Shown here piece by piece: positions 22,316 to 24,000 of a DNA stretch of 24,000 nucleotides. A program made the translations under genes and the position numbers. Source of the DNA: Tsukamurella strandjordii (lineage in GTDB: Bacteria > Actinomycetota > Actinomycetes > Mycobacteriales > Mycobacteriaceae). The DNA lies in the NCBI RefSeq assembly GCF_039525985.1, contig NZ_BAAAII010000013.1:36574-60573 (forward strand), in the 5' to 3' direction. A model generated the notes under the pieces. It worked only from the letters and a program-made list of their open reading frames with translations. It searched no databases and had not been told where the DNA came from. Position 1 is the first letter of the stretch; every line of letters starts with the position of its first letter.

Positions 22316-23113
22316 TCAGGCGGTGAGCGGTACTGCGGCCTCGGGGGTGTAGGCGAGGAAGGTGAAGGTCTCCTGCAGGTACAACTCTACCGCGTCGGCG
22401 GTGTGCGAGAGGTAGCCGATCTCCACATCGGTGCCCAGCCGCAGGTCGAAATCGCCACCGCGCGTGGTGAGCACGAAGGCGCCGTCGATCGCGGGTGCCC
22501 AGATGATGTCGCCGTCGACGAGCCGGTTGAGGTGCTCGCGCACCGGATAGCCGTGATCGGAGGTCTCGCTCACGCGGGTGTACACATCGGCGGAGAGCAG
22601 CACGGAGTACGGGCCGTCCACACCGGCGAGCCGCAGATCGGACAGCGCCTGGGAGACGACGTCGGGGATGTCGCGCGGATCGTCGGGCAGCTTGAGGTCG
22701 CCGCCGGCGGCGGTGTTGCGGATGCCGGGGATCGATGCGGCCGGATAGCCCTCGAAGATCGCCCGGTCCTCGGCGTAGGCGAGGCTGCGTGCCGCGTCCT
22801 TGACCGGATCCCAATCGGCGTCCTGTGCGCCGCGCTCCACCGAGTCGATGGCCTTGCGGCTCAGCGTGAACGGCACGCGCAGGCGCACCAGGGGGCGGCT
22901 GTCGCGCAGGTGGGCCTGCACGCCCTCGGCGGGACCGCCCACCTCGAGCAGGTGGCCGGTGCCGATCGCGCTGGCACCGGGGCCGAGCGGTTCGCCGAGG
23001 TCCACCACGCGGCGGCCGGCGATGTTGCGTTTGAAGGTGCGCGTCGCTTCGGTCTCGATCTCCGACCACGCCGCGGCGGTCACGGGGGCGAGTTCGCGGT
23101 ACAGGTTGTTCAT
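22316..23113 (-). CDS. Family-1 encapsulin shell protein (Cfp29/Linocin_M18-like)
   Basis: 265 aa from internal ATG 23113-23111. MNNLYRELAPVT...LRLAGVDGPYSVLLSADVYTRVSETSDHGYPVREHLNRLVDGDIIWAPAIDGAFVLTTRGGDFDL is near-identical in long stretches to M. tuberculosis Rv0798c as I recall it. The upstream 230 codons of track ORF 22316..23803 overlap DyP out of frame. Confidence 0.95.
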   Translation of the reverse strand: MNNLYRELAPVTAAAWSEIETEATRTFKRNIAGRRVVDLGEPLGPGASAIGTGHLLEVGGPAEGVQAHLRDSRPLVRLRVPFTLSRKAIDSVERGAQDADWDPVKDAARSLAYAEDRAIFEGYPAASIPGIRNTAAGGDLKLPDDPRDIPDVVSQALSDLRLAGVDGPYSVLLSADVYTRVSETSDHGYPVREHLNRLVDGDIIWAPAIDGAFVLTTRGGDFDLRLGTDVEIGYLSHTADAVELYLQETFTFLAYTPEAAVPLTA

Positions 23114-24000
23114 CGATCGCTTCCTTTCAGACTGCCGATCCGCAGCGAGCCGTCCGCGGCGTCGGCGGTGGGAGCGGGGGACCCCTCCGCCTCCTCCGGT
23201 GCCGCGGGCGGATCGTCCAGGAAATCGGCGGGCGGGGTGAAGAACAGGCATCCGGTGTGCGCGGTGGAGAAGTCGAGCACGCGGTCGGTGTTGCCGGGCG
23301 GATCGCCCAGGAACATGTTGCGCAGCATGCGTTCGGTGATCCCGGGGTCCCGGGAGTAGCCGATGAAGTAGGTGCCGAACTCGCCGCTGCCCACCTGCCC
23401 GAAGGGCATGTTCTGGCGCACGATCTTCAGTTCGTTGCCCTCGTCGTCGGTGATCACGTTGAGCGCGATGTGCGCGTCGGCGGGTTTGACGTCGTCGTCC
23501 ATCTCGATGTCCTCGAGCTTGGACCGGCCGATCACCTTCTCCTGCTCCTCGACGGTGAGCGCGCGCCACGCGGTCATATCGTGCAGGTACTTCTGGACGT
23601 GGACGTAGCTGCCGCCCGCGAAGTGCGGGTCCTCGTCGCCCACCGTCGTGGCCGCGACGGCCACCTCGCCCGACGGGTTCTCCGTGCCGTCCACGAAGCC
23701 CAGCAGGTCGCGGTTGTCGAAGAACCGGAAGCCGTGCACCTCGTCGACCACGGTGATCGCACCGTCGAAGGCGGCCACGATCCGTGACGACAGTTCGAAG
23801 CACATGTCGAGCGATTCGGCCTTGATGTGCAGCAGCAGATCGCCCGGTGTCGACGGTGCGCGGTGGCGCGGACCGTCGAGCTCGACGAACGGGTGCAGAC
23901 CCCGGGGCTTCGGGCCCGCGAAGAGGCGGTCCCAGGCGTCCGAGCCGATGGAGGTGATGAGGGCCAGGCCCTTCTCCGGGTAGCGGAAGGAGACCGATCG
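23110..24000 (-). CDS. DyP-type haem peroxidase, encapsulin cargo (N-terminus beyond the window edge)
   Basis: GFVDGTENP motif, ...AHIALN..., FGTYFIGY. The C-terminal tail ...DGSLRIGSLKGSDR matches the encapsulin cargo-loading peptide consensus. The frame stays open from 23805 to 24000 (hand-translated ...YPEKGLALITSIGSDAWDRLF...GDLLLHIKAESLDMCFE). Its stop TGA overlaps the encapsulin ATG. Confidence 0.93.
   Translation of the reverse strand, partial: RSVSFRYPEKGLALITSIGSDAWDRLFAGPKPRGLHPFVELDGPRHRAPSTPGDLLLHIKAESLDMCFELSSRIVAAFDGAITVVDEVHGFRFFDNRDLLGFVDGTENPSGEVAVAATTVGDEDPHFAGGSYVHVQKYLHDMTAWRALTVEEQEKVIGRSKLEDIEMDDDVKPADAHIALNVITDDEGNELKIVRQNMPFGQVGSGEFGTYFIGYSRDPGITERMLRNMFLGDPPGNTDRVLDFSTAHTGCLFFTPPADFLDDPPAAPEEAEGSPAPTADAADGSLRIGSLKGSDR

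Noticed and set aside
23114-23803. The N-terminal 230 codons of track ORF 22316..23803, which would give a 495-aa encapsulin
   Set aside because: This stretch overlaps the DyP gene in another frame and is R/G/P-rich. The encapsulin homology begins exactly at the internal MNNLYRELAPV (ATG 23113), giving the expected ~265 aa.

Overview
Visibly high-GC actinobacterial chromosome, Mycobacteriales-like by protein similarity and gene order. It is densely packed with about 25 genes. I saw no tRNA, rRNA, CRISPR array, IS element, prophage or recognisable defence cassette. Most of the window is core housekeeping. It holds metG, tatD-rpfB-ksgA(rsmA)-ispE (the order I recall from M. tuberculosis Rv1008-Rv1011), a Uup-like ABC-F ATPase and an ECH_2-type enoyl-CoA hydratase/hydrolase. 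A MarR regulator sits divergent to a membrane-protein/LysE pair, and the LysE gene is frameshifted. A tight rplY-pth-GNAT-prfC operon follows, then three small enzymes: limonene-epoxide-hydrolase-like, LLM/F420-type oxidoreductase and dienelactone hydrolase. The most interesting region is the right-hand end. A DyP peroxidase carrying a C-terminal encapsulin-targeting peptide is ATGA-coupled to a family-1 encapsulin. About 55 nt downstream on the same strand, with no obvious terminator, lies an atypical ClpC/ClpB-hybrid AAA+ ATPase. That ATPase is itself ATGA-coupled to a 34-codon hyper-charged E/R/K micro-ORF. Whether this four-gene string is one functional unit is unproven and is my main candidate for something undescribed. 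Secondary observations: two diverged tandem lipoprotein paralogues, each with its own conserved promoter-like block; an AAC(6')-Ib-like GNAT wedged between pth and prfC; an RpfB with a long acidic N-terminal extension and a TM anchor instead of a lipobox; a compact divergent leaderless promoter pair with a central palindrome at the MarR locus; and a long structured rplY leader. The very long ORFs in the track (776, 748, 844, 781 and 749 aa) are GC-driven shadow frames, not genes.
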